This document shows, in pieces, positions 45,178 to 54,689 of a stretch of DNA of 59,661 nt (positions within the stretch are counted from its first letter, which is position 1; every line of letters starts with the position of its first letter). The notes under the pieces are model-generated. The model searched no databases and was not told the DNA's origin. It saw only the letters and a list, made by a program, of their open reading frames with translations. Source of the DNA: Burkholderiales bacterium. GTDB lineage: Bacteria; Pseudomonadota; Gammaproteobacteria; Burkholderiales; JACQAP01. A program made the position numbers and the translations under genes. Location: contig JBJXFN010000032.1 of NCBI GenBank assembly GCA_046155535.1, positions 1 through 59,661 of the forward strand. The letters run 5' to 3'.

Positions 45178-46170
45178 ATGAGAACGCGCATTACGGAGTT
45201 ATTCGGCATTCAGCACCCGATCATTCAAGGGGGCATGCACTACGTCGGGTTTGCGAAGCTTGCCGCGGCGGTATCCAATGCCGGCGGCTTGGGCATCATC
45301 ACCGGCCTGACGCAGAAGTCCGCGGCAGATCTGGCCAACGAGATCGCGCGCTGCCGCGACATGACGGATAAACCCTTTGGCGTGAACCTGACCTTTCTGC
45401 CGACCGTCTCGGCGCCGGACTATCCGGGATACATCAAGGCGATCATCGACGGCGGCGTGAAAATCGTCGAAACGGCAGGACGCAACCCGCAGCCCTATCT
45501 GCCTTACCTGAAGGACGCCGGCATCAAGGTCATTCACAAATGCACCTCGGTGCGCCACTCGCTCAAAGCCGAGCAGATTGGCTGCGACGCGGTTTCCGTC
45601 GATGGTTTCGAGTGCGGCGGGCATCCTGGCGAGGATGACATTCCGAATTTCATTCTGCTGCCGCGCGCGGCGGAAGAACTCAAAATCCCGTTCGTGGCCT
45701 CCGGCGGCATGGCCGATGCGCGCAGCCTGGTCGCCGCCCTTGCGCTGGGCGCGGAGGGCATGAACATGGGCACCCGCTTCATGGCAACCAAAGAGGCGCC
45801 GATCCACGAGAACGTCAAACAAGCCCTGGTCGCCGCAACCGAGCTCGACACGCGTCTGGTCATGCGCCCGCTGCGCAACACTGAACGCGTGCTCAACAAC
45901 TCCGCCACCGAGCGCCTGCTGGAGAAAGAAGCCGCCCTCGGCAAAAATCTCCGATTCGAAGACATCATCGAACAGGTGGCCGGGGTGTATCCGAAGGTCA
46001 TGATCGATGGCGATATGGAAGCGGGGGTCTGGTCTTGCGGCATGGTGGCCGGCTTGATACACGACATCCCGACCTGCAAAGAGCTGATCGACCGGATCAT
46101 GTCCGAGACGGAGCGTTTGATCCGCACCCGCCTCGAGTCCATGCTCGCGCGTACTGCGAAGGCCGCCTGA
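45178..46170 (+). CDS. Nitronate monooxygenase/FabK-like FMN oxidoreductase
   Basis: HPIIQGGM, AVSNAGGLG, PFGVNL, ECGGH, ASGG, GTRF. Confidence 0.9.
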   Translation: MRTRITELFGIQHPIIQGGMHYVGFAKLAAAVSNAGGLGIITGLTQKSAADLANEIARCRDMTDKPFGVNLTFLPTVSAPDYPGYIKAIIDGGVKIVETAGRNPQPYLPYLKDAGIKVIHKCTSVRHSLKAEQIGCDAVSVDGFECGGHPGEDDIPNFILLPRAAEELKIPFVASGGMADARSLVAALALGAEGMNMGTRFMATKEAPIHENVKQALVAATELDTRLVMRPLRNTERVLNNSATERLLEKEAALGKNLRFEDIIEQVAGVYPKVMIDGDMEAGVWSCGMVAGLIHDIPTCKELIDRIMSETERLIRTRLESMLARTAKAA

Positions 46171-46195
46171 GCGTCAGCACAATCTGGAGACATCC

Positions 46196-47083
46196 ATGCA
46201 ATCCACCTCATTCTCAAATTCACAGTCCATGCCGGATCACTCGGCCGCTTTTCAGGCGCCACTGAACTACCTGGCCGATTCCGAAGGCCCGGTGCAAGTG
46301 CGCATTTATCCGCCAACCAGCGGCATCGAAACCCTTCGTCCGGCGGCAGTGCAGCAGATGGTCGGCATGCGGGATCTGCGGCCAAACGCCGGAGAGTTTC
46401 GTTTGGATGAGTGCGGTTTTGCGCTGCACACTTCGCCAAGCGCCATCAAGGGTTTCCAGGACATTCCCGACGTGCGCGCGCGTTATTACCCGGAAGTCGA
46501 GGCGGCGGTGCGACAATTTACCGGCGCGCTGGCGGTCATCATGTTCGACCACAACGTGCGCAGCACCGCGCGCGCGGCGCGCGGCGAGCTCAATGTGCGG
46601 CTGCCCGCCGAGCAGGTTCACAACGACTACACCGAGCGTTCCGGACCGAAACGCAGGCGCGAAATCCTCGAAGCGGCCGGGCGCACGGATCTCATGGATC
46701 ACCATTTCGCTTTCGTCAACCTTTGGCGTCCGATTGTCGGGCCGGTACGCGACAATCCGCTCGGCGTGTGCGACGTGCGCAGCGTGCAGAAGGCGGATCT
46801 GGTCGAGACCGAGATTCAGCACTACGGCGAAGACAACCTGGCCCAGCCACGCCATTCCGGCGAGATTTATTCAGTGCGCTACAACCCGGCGCACCGCTGG
46901 TTCTATGTGTCGGAAATGCAACCCGACGAAGTGCTGCTGCTCAAGTGCTACGACTCGCGCACCGACGGTCGCGCCCGATTCATGCCGCACACCGGCTTTC
47001 AGAACCCGACGTGCCCCAAGGAGTTTGTGCCACGGGAAAGCATCGAGGCCCGCACATTGGTTGTGTTCGATGCATACCTGTAA
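46196..47083 (+). CDS. CmcJ/NvfI/AsaB-like non-heme Fe(II)/2OG oxidoreductase (second paralogue)
   Basis: YYPEVE, FDHNVR, VHNDYT, NLWRP, PL.VCD, PHTGF, RESIE.R. Confidence 0.87.
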   Translation: MQSTSFSNSQSMPDHSAAFQAPLNYLADSEGPVQVRIYPPTSGIETLRPAAVQQMVGMRDLRPNAGEFRLDECGFALHTSPSAIKGFQDIPDVRARYYPEVEAAVRQFTGALAVIMFDHNVRSTARAARGELNVRLPAEQVHNDYTERSGPKRRREILEAAGRTDLMDHHFAFVNLWRPIVGPVRDNPLGVCDVRSVQKADLVETEIQHYGEDNLAQPRHSGEIYSVRYNPAHRWFYVSEMQPDEVLLLKCYDSRTDGRARFMPHTGFQNPTCPKEFVPRESIEARTLVVFDAYL

Positions 47084-47140
47084 CGCGCAAAAGCATACTT
47101 GAATCGGCGCGTACCCGATCAATTTCCTACCGGAGGAGTA

Positions 47141-47743
47141 ATGGCCAGAGAAGTGGAATTCTTGTTCGATTTCGGCAGCCCGACCGCCTATCTCGCTTAT
47201 ACACAATTGCCCAGGATCGCGGCACAGCGCAAGGCGCGAATCCTCTGGCGCCCGATATTGCTGGGCGGTGTGCACAAGGCGAGCGGCAATAGTGCGCCGA
47301 TGACCGTCCCTGCAAAGGGGCGATGGATGTTTCACGATATCGCGCGGTGGGCGAAACGTTACGGCGTCGCCTACCAGATGAATCCGCATTTCCCTATTAA
47401 CACTGTCGCACTGATGCGCGCCGCCGTTGGCGTGCAGATGAAGATGCCTGAGCAGTTCATGCATTTCGTCGATGTCGTATACAAGGCCGTCTGGGCGGAC
47501 GCGCGCAATATGGGCGACCCCGCTGAAGTGGGGAGCGTGCTGCGCGCGGCAGGGTTGGACGCTGAGCGTATTGTGGCGCTGACGAGCGAACAAGAAATCA
47601 AAGACCGGCTCAAGAGCAACTCGGACGATGCCGTGGCGCGCGGAGTGTTCGGCGCGCCCACTTTCTTCGTCGGAAAGGAGATGTTTTTCGGACAGGACCG
47701 CCTGGAGTTTGTTGCCGAGGCCCTGGACGCTTCGCCTGCTTGA
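47141..47743 (+). CDS. 2-hydroxychromene-2-carboxylate isomerase family (kappa-class GST/DsbA fold)
   Basis: FDFGSP.AYL, PILLGG, FPIN, GVFGAPTF, FFGQDRL; RBS GGAGGAG. Confidence 0.9.
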   Translation: MAREVEFLFDFGSPTAYLAYTQLPRIAAQRKARILWRPILLGGVHKASGNSAPMTVPAKGRWMFHDIARWAKRYGVAYQMNPHFPINTVALMRAAVGVQMKMPEQFMHFVDVVYKAVWADARNMGDPAEVGSVLRAAGLDAERIVALTSEQEIKDRLKSNSDDAVARGVFGAPTFFVGKEMFFGQDRLEFVAEALDASPA

Positions 47744-47854
47744 CCTCGGCCAGTGTGAACTCTAGTCTTGGGTGCCGCTCGTCCTACCATCCGTAAGGCT
47801 GACCCGCTCAGCGCGTCGGCCTGGCAGGTTCAACGGGAAGGCCGCCTCGCCCTG

Positions 47855-48655
47855 TCAACGGCCTTCGAACTGCGGTGCACGCTTTTCCACAAAGGCTGCC
47901 GCCGCCGCCTTGTGGTCAGCAGTCTCGAAGGTGCGGATCATGTGGATCGCTTCAGCGTCGAGAACGTCCGACAACGAACCGCGCAGGCCGGCATTGAGGT
48001 TGCGCTTCATGTAGCCGATGGCGATCGTGGGTAGCGCAGCCAGCTCAGCGGCCCAGGCCCGTGCCGCTTCGGAAAGCTGTGCGGCGGGCACCACGCGGTT
48101 GACCAAGCCTATGCGCTGGGCTTCCGCCCCGCTGATCACCTGGCCACTGAAGTACATCTCGCGCGCCTTGGCCGCGCCGACCAAGTGATTCAGGAAATAG
48201 CTGCCGCCGAAATCGCCGGACAGGCCGATCTTCGAAAAGGCGGTGGTGAGCTTGGCATCGTCGGCGGCGATGCGCAGATCGCAGGCCAGAGCCAGGGACA
48301 GCCCGGCACCCGCCGCCGGGCCGGGGATTACCGCCAGCGTCGGCTTGGGCATCTCGTGCAGCCAGCGGCTGATCTCCATGCGCGTGCGCAGATCGGCCAC
48401 GCGCTGCTCGAAGGTGGCGGCGGCCGCTTCGCCGGCGGCGCGACGCGCAAAGCTCTTCACGTCGCCTCCCGAGCAGAACGCCGCACCCGCACCGGTGAGC
48501 ACCACGAGGCGCACAGCCGGGTCGTTGGCCAGGCGCGGCAATGCCTCGAACAACCCTTTGAACATCTCGGGCGTCAGCGCGTTGCGCGCTTCGGGGCGGT
48601 TCATGGTCAGCGTCGCAATGCCGCCTTCGATATTTTCAATCAGGTCTTGCGCCAT
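47855..48655 (-). CDS. Enoyl-CoA hydratase/isomerase (PaaG-like)
   Basis: NRPE.RNAL, FCSGGD, AAGAG.SLALACD, GLSGDFGG, F.EKR.P.F.G. Confidence 0.9.
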   Translation of the reverse strand: MAQDLIENIEGGIATLTMNRPEARNALTPEMFKGLFEALPRLANDPAVRLVVLTGAGAAFCSGGDVKSFARRAAGEAAAATFEQRVADLRTRMEISRWLHEMPKPTLAVIPGPAAGAGLSLALACDLRIAADDAKLTTAFSKIGLSGDFGGSYFLNHLVGAAKAREMYFSGQVISGAEAQRIGLVNRVVPAAQLSEAARAWAAELAALPTIAIGYMKRNLNAGLRGSLSDVLDAEAIHMIRTFETADHKAAAAAFVEKRAPQFEGR

Positions 48656-48687
48656 GGACTTCTCCGGTTGACTTCTTGGTTGATGAT

Positions 48688-49297
48688 TCAGGTCTTGATG
48701 GCCTTTGCGAATGCGGGCCGCGCCGCCAGGCGCTTCACTTAGGCCTGCAGATGGGTCATTTCCTCAGGCATGCAACCCAGCCGGCGCGCCATGTGGCAGG
48801 CGTGGCCGAGCATGAAGTCCACGCCGGACATTTCACCCAGCATGTAGTCGCGCCCAGCAAGCGCCTCGTTCAGCGGCTCCAGTGTCTTCGTGAGCAGACG
48901 CTTGGCCTGGCCGAGGATCTCCTCGTTGCGCCGCTCCGGCGGCAACAGCAAGGTGTGCATGACGATGGTGTTGATCGGCGGCATGACCATGCCCTCGCAA
49001 TAGTGGAACCACTGCAGATAACGCGGGAAGAGCGGTGAATCCGCCGCCGGCTTGAGCGCGCCATTGCTGTGGCGCGCTATGAGGTATTCGACGATCGCGC
49101 CCGATTCATACAGCATCACTTCGCCGTCTTCCAGAACCGGCACGCGGCCCAGAGGTTGGCGCGCGCGGTGCTCGTCGGACTTCAGCGCCTTGGGACTGAA
49201 CTCCATGCGATTGAGTTCGTAGGGCAGTTGCAGTTCTTCCAGCAACCAGACGATGCGTCCGGCGCGACTGTTGGGGGGCGTGGTGCAGTTTCAGCAC
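48688..49297 (-). pseudogene. Glutathione S-transferase with a +1 frameshift and a nonsense codon
   Basis: GTG start; extra base in G6 run at 49273-49278 breaks HAPNSRAGRIVWLLEEL; TAA at 48739-48741 precedes VKRLAARPAFAKAIKT and the natural stop at 48688. Confidence 0.85.
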
Positions 49298-49306
49298 GGG
49301 GTGCTC

Positions 49307-50095
49307 CTACTTCAGGTCGGGATTGCTGGCGTGGTTCCACCAGGCCAGATCCGAATGGGCGCGCAGGTCCAGTTCAAAAGTCCAGGCCGAGCGGTGCTGA
49401 TGCGCCAGGTGATAGTAGGTGTTGGCCACTTCGGCCGGTAACAGCAAGCCGTCGTTCTCGAGGCCTTTCTTTTCGCGCAGCGCCTGGAAGCGCTCGGGGC
49501 CGAGCATCTTGCCCAGCGTATCGGGCGCGTCCACCGCGCCGTCGATGACGATGTGCGCGACGTGGATGCCCTTGCTCGCAAACTGTGCGTTTAACGACTG
49601 GCATAGCATGCGACGCCCGCCCATCGCAGAGGCGTGCGAATGCTGGCCGGCGTTGCCGCGCACCGCGGCGGTGGCCGAGGTCACCAGCAGCGCGCCCTTG
49701 CCGCGCTGCTCCATGTAGGGAAACAGCACCTGGGCCAGTCGGAACAGGCCGAAGGTGGCCATGCGCCAACCCATCTCGAACTGCTTCAGCGTGGTGCTGG
49801 CCAGGCCCCGATCGCCGATCTGCGCGCCGAGGTTGAACACCGCGACGCCAATCGGACCGATATTGGCCTCGATGTGGGTGACCAGTTGCTCGATACTGTC
49901 TGCTTCCACGGCGTTGAGCATGAAGCCGCTGGCGGAGTCCCCCTCGGCCTGGATCTCGCCCACCAGTTTGTCGAGCCCCGCCTTGTCGGTTCGACGCGCG
50001 AGGCAGGCGTGGTAACCCTCGCGGGCAAAGCGTTTCGCGACATTTCCGCCGATACCGGCGCCAGCGCCGAGGATCAGGCAGACGGGTTTGGTCAT
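49307..50095 (-). CDS. SDR family oxidoreductase (atypical, HxxxM at YxxxK position)
   Basis: LGAGAGIG, FNLGA, TSATA..RG, GIHVAH, RSAWTFELD. Confidence 0.88.
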   Translation of the reverse strand: MTKPVCLILGAGAGIGGNVAKRFAREGYHACLARRTDKAGLDKLVGEIQAEGDSASGFMLNAVEADSIEQLVTHIEANIGPIGVAVFNLGAQIGDRGLASTTLKQFEMGWRMATFGLFRLAQVLFPYMEQRGKGALLVTSATAAVRGNAGQHSHASAMGGRRMLCQSLNAQFASKGIHVAHIVIDGAVDAPDTLGKMLGPERFQALREKKGLENDGLLLPAEVANTYYHLAHQHRSAWTFELDLRAHSDLAWWNHASNPDLK

Positions 50096-50140
50096 GAACT
50101 TGTCCTTTGCTCAGAAGAATGGCGAAGGTTACCGAACCCG

Positions 50141-50219
50141 TGCCATTGTGAACCGTTCGGTCCAGAAGGCAATTATGGCATGACCCATTGCAATCGATCG
50201 ATCTCGACCCGTGAACAAG
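50141..50219 (+). pseudogene. Degenerate copy of the tetR promoter/operator and first codons (matches 54011-54089)
   Basis: 67/79 identical by my count; ATG GCA TGA versus ATG TCC CGC. Confidence 0.85.
50149..50164. promoter_or_regulatory. Candidate TetR operator TGAACCG-TT-CGGTCCA
   Basis: Imperfect palindrome, nearly identical to 54019-54034. Confidence 0.55.
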
Positions 50220-50555
50220 AAGGCGATCACGCGCATGTCGCTACGGTCCGTGTTCCCGGCGGCATCTCGGCGGCCCGCAACAAGTGCCGGGCGCTCAGAT
50301 GGTCGGCCTCCGTAATAGCCTGGAGGTGCCGCAAAGGCTCCATCCAAAGGGCGATGGCCTCCAATGATTTCCGGCGTGACCACCGGACGGCGCATATCCC
50401 GTTGACCGGGACGTCAGGCAGACGCGTCGTCGTCCCACTCCCCACCCCGTGAAATATTTTTCGGCCGCCGATTCCCGTGGATGTGAATGCAACGTATGCT
50501 GCAAGGTGCAGGCTAGCCTTGCGTGCCGTCGATTCAATTCCCCGGAGCTTCCCTG

Positions 50556-51668
50556 GTGCACTCCTCAACCGATCAGATCAAACAGCAGAAACGCAGCATG
50601 ATCGACCGGCATACCCGACCGGACAATCGAAAAGCTCTCACGCAGGTTGTCACCACACTGGCGCCCCTGGCCGCCCTCTGGGTCGCCGCGTTTTATAGCA
50701 TCTCCATATCGGTCTGGCTGACCGCGGGCGTCGCGTTGCTGATGACCCTATTCCTGCTGCGCGCCTTCGTGATGATGCACGATTGCGGCCATGGCAGCAT
50801 GTTTCGCACACCTCGGCTCAATCGGGTTTTTGGCTTCGTCTTTGGCGTCGTGTCGGGCATGCCGCAGTACGTCTGGTCCAAGCATCACGCTTATCACCAT
50901 TCGACCAACGGTAACTGGGCGAAATACCGCGGCCCACTCGCCATCGCCTCCGTCGACGAATTTTCGATGCTGACCGAGCGGCAGCAACGCGCCAATGCAC
51001 GTTCGCGCCATATTGCCCTCGCCCCGCTGGCCGGCTTCGTCTACCTGATCTTCAATCCGCGCATGACTTGGCTGAAGGGCAGTCTCCAGCTCGCCGGTCA
51101 TTTGATCAAGAGAAAGATCGCTCAACCACGGGTCCCTTTCAAGGTGCATGCCGCCGAATTTCAGACACGGTATTGGGCGTCACCGGACGAGTATTGGCAC
51201 ATGACCTGGAATAACGTCGTGCTGCTCTCCTTGTGGGTATTGATGTCGGTGCTGCTGGGCCCGGTGCTGTTCTTCTCGGTGTACCTCACGAGCATGTCGC
51301 TGGCCGGTGCCGGCGGCATCGTGCTCTTTACTGTGCAGCACAATTTCAAGCATTCCTATGCAACCGGCGACGAAGGCTGGGATTACGACAGCGCCGCGAT
51401 CGAAGGCACGAGCTTCCTCATCCTGCCCCGCTGGCTGAATTGGTTCACCGCGGATATTGCCTATCACCACATTCACCACTTGTCCGCCAAGATCCCTAAC
51501 TACCGTCTCGCGCAGTGCCATAACGAATACGCGCAGTTGTTTTCAGACGTTACCCGCATTCGGTTGCGCGAGATTCCGGCATCCTTAAAGTATATTTTGT
51601 GGGACACGCGTGCGCGACAGCTCATAACGGTCGCCGAGTATCGCCAGCAAGGTGGGCCAGCAACGTAG
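50556..51668 (+). CDS. Membrane fatty acid desaturase
   Basis: His boxes HDCGH, HHAYHH, HHIHH; QHNF; IPNYRL; GTG start with GGAG RBS. Confidence 0.92.
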   Translation: MHSSTDQIKQQKRSMIDRHTRPDNRKALTQVVTTLAPLAALWVAAFYSISISVWLTAGVALLMTLFLLRAFVMMHDCGHGSMFRTPRLNRVFGFVFGVVSGMPQYVWSKHHAYHHSTNGNWAKYRGPLAIASVDEFSMLTERQQRANARSRHIALAPLAGFVYLIFNPRMTWLKGSLQLAGHLIKRKIAQPRVPFKVHAAEFQTRYWASPDEYWHMTWNNVVLLSLWVLMSVLLGPVLFFSVYLTSMSLAGAGGIVLFTVQHNFKHSYATGDEGWDYDSAAIEGTSFLILPRWLNWFTADIAYHHIHHLSAKIPNYRLAQCHNEYAQLFSDVTRIRLREIPASLKYILWDTRARQLITVAEYRQQGGPAT

Positions 51669-51793
51669 CGCCCGCGGCGGCCCTCGGACGCAGCCGGCGT
51701 GCGCCCATTCTTCAACTGCATCCCGTGCCACCTCGGAGATCATCATGAAACTCACTTCAATTCGCCCGCTGACAATCGCGGCCACAGCCTTTT

Positions 51794-52112
51794 CTCGAGA
51801 CTGAGACCGGGGCGAGCTTACCGGAGTTTGTCAAAGACGAGTTCGATGCCTATCTCGAATGCGGCATCCTCGCCCACGGCTTTGTGCGCCTGCGCTGCGC
51901 CGAGTGCGCGCACGAGAAGCTGGTGGCCTTCTCCTGCAAGCGGCGCGGATTTTGCCCCTCCTGCGGAGGCGCGGCGCATGGCGCAGAGCGCCGCCCACCT
52001 GGTCGACTGGGTCATCCCGCGCGTGCCGGTGCGCCAGTGGGTGCTCTCATTTCCGATCCAGCTGCGCATCCTATTCGCCGCCCATCCCGAACTACTCTCG
52101 CCGCTGTTGCAG
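51794..52112 (+). mobile_element. IS91-family (rolling-circle) transposase remnant, zinc-binding N-terminal part, frameshifted
   Basis: LPEFVKDEFDAYLECGILAHGF.RLRC..C..E.LVAFSCKRRGFCPSCG, frameshift near 51967, then RRMAQSAAHLVD.VIP.VPVRQWVLSFP; HUH region absent. Confidence 0.9.
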
Positions 52113-52138
52113 TGGAATTCCCCCGGTTTGCCCGGCGC

Positions 52139-52927
52139 CTACTGACCCAGCACCTGCTTCGCGTAGACCTTCTGCATGCCGCCCAGCCAACGGTCGTAGT
52201 CCTGACCCTTGCGACGGAAGTAGTCGAGCACCTCGGGATGCGGCAGCACCAGGAAAGTCTCGTCACGCATGGCCGAGACCACGTCATCGGCCACCTGCGC
52301 CGGCATCAACATGCCGTCCACGGCTGCGGAGCCGCCGCCGCTCGATGTCATGGCGGTCTGCACCCCCTGCGGGCAAAGACATGACACCCGCACGCCGCGC
52401 CGACCGTAGGCGATCCGCAACCACTCCGCAAAGGCGACCGACGCGTGCTTCGTGACGGCATAAGGCGCGGACTCGACGACAGAGAGCAGCCCCGCAGCCG
52501 ACGCCGTGACGACGAAGTAGCCTTCGCCGCGCGCCACCATCTCGGGCACCACGGCGCGTGCCGCCCAGACGTGCGCCATGCCATGGATCTGCCACATCTT
52601 TTCCCATAACGGATCGTCGAGCTCGATGCCGCCGCGCTTGCCGATGATGCCGGCATTGGACATATAGATGTCGATGTGGCCGAAGCGTGCGCGGGTGGCG
52701 GCCACCAGTGCCTGGATGTCGGCCTCGACACTGACGTCGCAGCGCAACGCCATGGCGCGTTCGCCGCCCTTGGCGTTGATCGACTTTGCCACCGCCTCGG
52801 CCTGGGCCAAATTGATGTCGGCCACCACAACGCCGCGCGCGCCTTCGGTGGCGAGTCGTTCGGCCAGCGCGGTGCCGATCCCGCTGGCTCCACCGGTGAC
52901 GATGGCAACTTTGTCGCGGATTTCCAT
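52139..52927 (-). CDS. SDR family oxidoreductase (classical)
   Basis: TGGASGIG, SNAG, TASAAG, YAVTK. Confidence 0.92.
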   Translation of the reverse strand: MEIRDKVAIVTGGASGIGTALAERLATEGARGVVVADINLAQAEAVAKSINAKGGERAMALRCDVSVEADIQALVAATRARFGHIDIYMSNAGIIGKRGGIELDDPLWEKMWQIHGMAHVWAARAVVPEMVARGEGYFVVTASAAGLLSVVESAPYAVTKHASVAFAEWLRIAYGRRGVRVSCLCPQGVQTAMTSSGGGSAAVDGMLMPAQVADDVVSAMRDETFLVLPHPEVLDYFRRKGQDYDRWLGGMQKVYAKQVLGQ

Positions 52928-52955
52928 GAGCGTTCTCCCGGTTATCTTTTTTATG

Positions 52956-53936
52956 TCAGACGATGCGCACGACGACGCGGCCGCGCACTTTGCCGTCCAT
53001 CAAGGCCTGGGCCTTGGCGATGGCGTCGTCCAGTGTAACCTCGTCGACCATGCTTTCGAGTTTGGTTGCGTCGAGGTCGCGCGCCAGTCTATCCCAGGCA
53101 CGTTGCCGCACGGCGCGAGGCGCCATCACCGAGTCAACGCCCACCAGGCTGACTCCGCGCAGGATGAAGGGGTGCACAGTGGTGGGCAAGTCCTGGCCCT
53201 GGGCCAGACCACAGGCCGCCACCACGCCACCGTAGCGCGTCTGCGCCAAAACATTGGCCAGGGTGATTGAACCCACGGCATCCACCACGGCGGCCCAGCG
53301 CTCTTTTTGCATGGGCTTGCCGGGTTTGGCGAACTCCGCGCGATCGATGATGGCATTCGCGCCAAGTTTTCGCAGATAGGCTTCTTCCGAGGCTTTGCCG
53401 GTGGATGCCACCACCTGGTAGCCGAGAGAGGAGAGCAGGGCGACTGCCACGCTGCCCACGCCGCCGGTGGCACCGGTCACCAGTACTTCGCCCGAACCTG
53501 GCTTCACGCCGCGATCTTCGAGCGCGAGCACGCACAGCATCGCGGTGTAGCCGGCGGTACCGATGGCCATGGCCTGGCGGGCGGTGAAGGCCGCAGGCAG
53601 CTTGACCAGCCAGTCGCCCTTGAGCCGGGCGCGTTCCGCGAGGCAACCCCAATGCGTTTCACCGACCCCCCAGCCGTTGAGCACGAAGCCATCGCCGGGC
53701 TTCCAGTCCGGGTGTGAGGACTCGAGCACCTTGCCCGCGCCATCGACGCCAGCCACCATCGGCCACTGACGCACGACCGGCAACTTGTTGGTGATGGCCA
53801 GACCTTCCTTGTAATTGAGTGTGGAGTAGGCCACTGCCACGGTCACATCGCCGGCCGGCAGGCGGGCATCATCGATTGATTTTACGGTCGCCGAAAACGA
53901 CGGGGCGTTTTCCAGCAAGAGTGCTTTGAACATCAT
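52956..53936 (-). CDS. acuI: AcuI/YhdH family acrylyl-CoA reductase-like MDR oxidoreductase
   Basis: YSTLNYK, AMAIGTAGYTAML, VTGATGGVGS, PFILRGVSL.GVDSV, VRGRVVV. Confidence 0.88.
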   Translation of the reverse strand: MMFKALLLENAPSFSATVKSIDDARLPAGDVTVAVAYSTLNYKEGLAITNKLPVVRQWPMVAGVDGAGKVLESSHPDWKPGDGFVLNGWGVGETHWGCLAERARLKGDWLVKLPAAFTARQAMAIGTAGYTAMLCVLALEDRGVKPGSGEVLVTGATGGVGSVAVALLSSLGYQVVASTGKASEEAYLRKLGANAIIDRAEFAKPGKPMQKERWAAVVDAVGSITLANVLAQTRYGGVVAACGLAQGQDLPTTVHPFILRGVSLVGVDSVMAPRAVRQRAWDRLARDLDATKLESMVDEVTLDDAIAKAQALMDGKVRGRVVVRIV

Positions 53937-54018
53937 TGAATGAACTCCGGAAAAAAAGTGGGAAAGAAAAAGGCCGGACAACCGTCCCGCGCCCGATCAG
54001 GCCGTCAGCTTGCCATTG

Positions 54019-54034
54019 TGAACCGTTCAGTCCA
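54019..54034. promoter_or_regulatory. Candidate TetR operator TGAACCG-TT-CAGTCCA between acuI and tetR
   Basis: Imperfect palindrome ending 10 nt upstream of the tetR ATG. Confidence 0.55.
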
Positions 54035-54044
54035 GAATGCAAAC

Positions 54045-54620
54045 ATGTCCCGCCCCATTGCATTCGATCGACCACGAGCCGTGAACAAGGCGGTGACGCT
54101 GTTCTGGCGCAAGGGCTATCAGGCCAGTTCCCTGGCCGATCTGCTGACGGCCATGGGAATCGGCCGCAGCAGCTTCTACGCCGCGTTCACCGACAAGCGC
54201 AGCCTCTTCATCGAGTGCCTGGATCTGTTTGCAGCACGCACCCTGGAACTGCTGCAACGCGCCCGCGCCGAGATGCCGCCGGTCGATGCCCTGCAGAGCT
54301 TCTTCGAGCGCAACTTCATCGGCGCGCGCGGTGCGAAAGGGAACTTGGGCTGCATGCTGGTGAACACCGTGCTCGAGATGGCCGACGTCGACGACGAACT
54401 TGCTGCGCGCGCCAGCCATCACCTGGGCGAAATGCAGCGCATTTTCCAGGCCTGCCTGCAGTATGCCGGTGCGGCGCCGAAGCGCGCCGAAGAACTGGCC
54501 GCCATGCTGATGCTGTTCAACGAAGGCATCCGCGTGTCGAGCCGCCGCCGGTTGCCGGATACGCAGCACCTGCAACCCATCGCCGCAACCTTTCGCCTGA
54601 TCCGGAGTGCGATCGCGTGA
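54045..54620 (+). CDS. TetR/AcrR family transcriptional regulator
   Basis: MSRP..FD, LFW.KGY, MGIGRSSFYAAF.DK, GC.LVNT. Confidence 0.92.
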   Translation: MSRPIAFDRPRAVNKAVTLFWRKGYQASSLADLLTAMGIGRSSFYAAFTDKRSLFIECLDLFAARTLELLQRARAEMPPVDALQSFFERNFIGARGAKGNLGCMLVNTVLEMADVDDELAARASHHLGEMQRIFQACLQYAGAAPKRAEELAAMLMLFNEGIRVSSRRRLPDTQHLQPIAATFRLIRSAIA

Positions 54621-54689
54621 GTGCAACCCTGCTCAGACTTCTCGTTCAGCGCATGCCAGACGCGGTCTTGGCTTCTGTAAGAGACAGCA

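Noticed and set aside
51794-52112. Active IS91 element
   Set aside because: Frameshifted, truncated at both ends, and the catalytic HUH/Tyr region is missing
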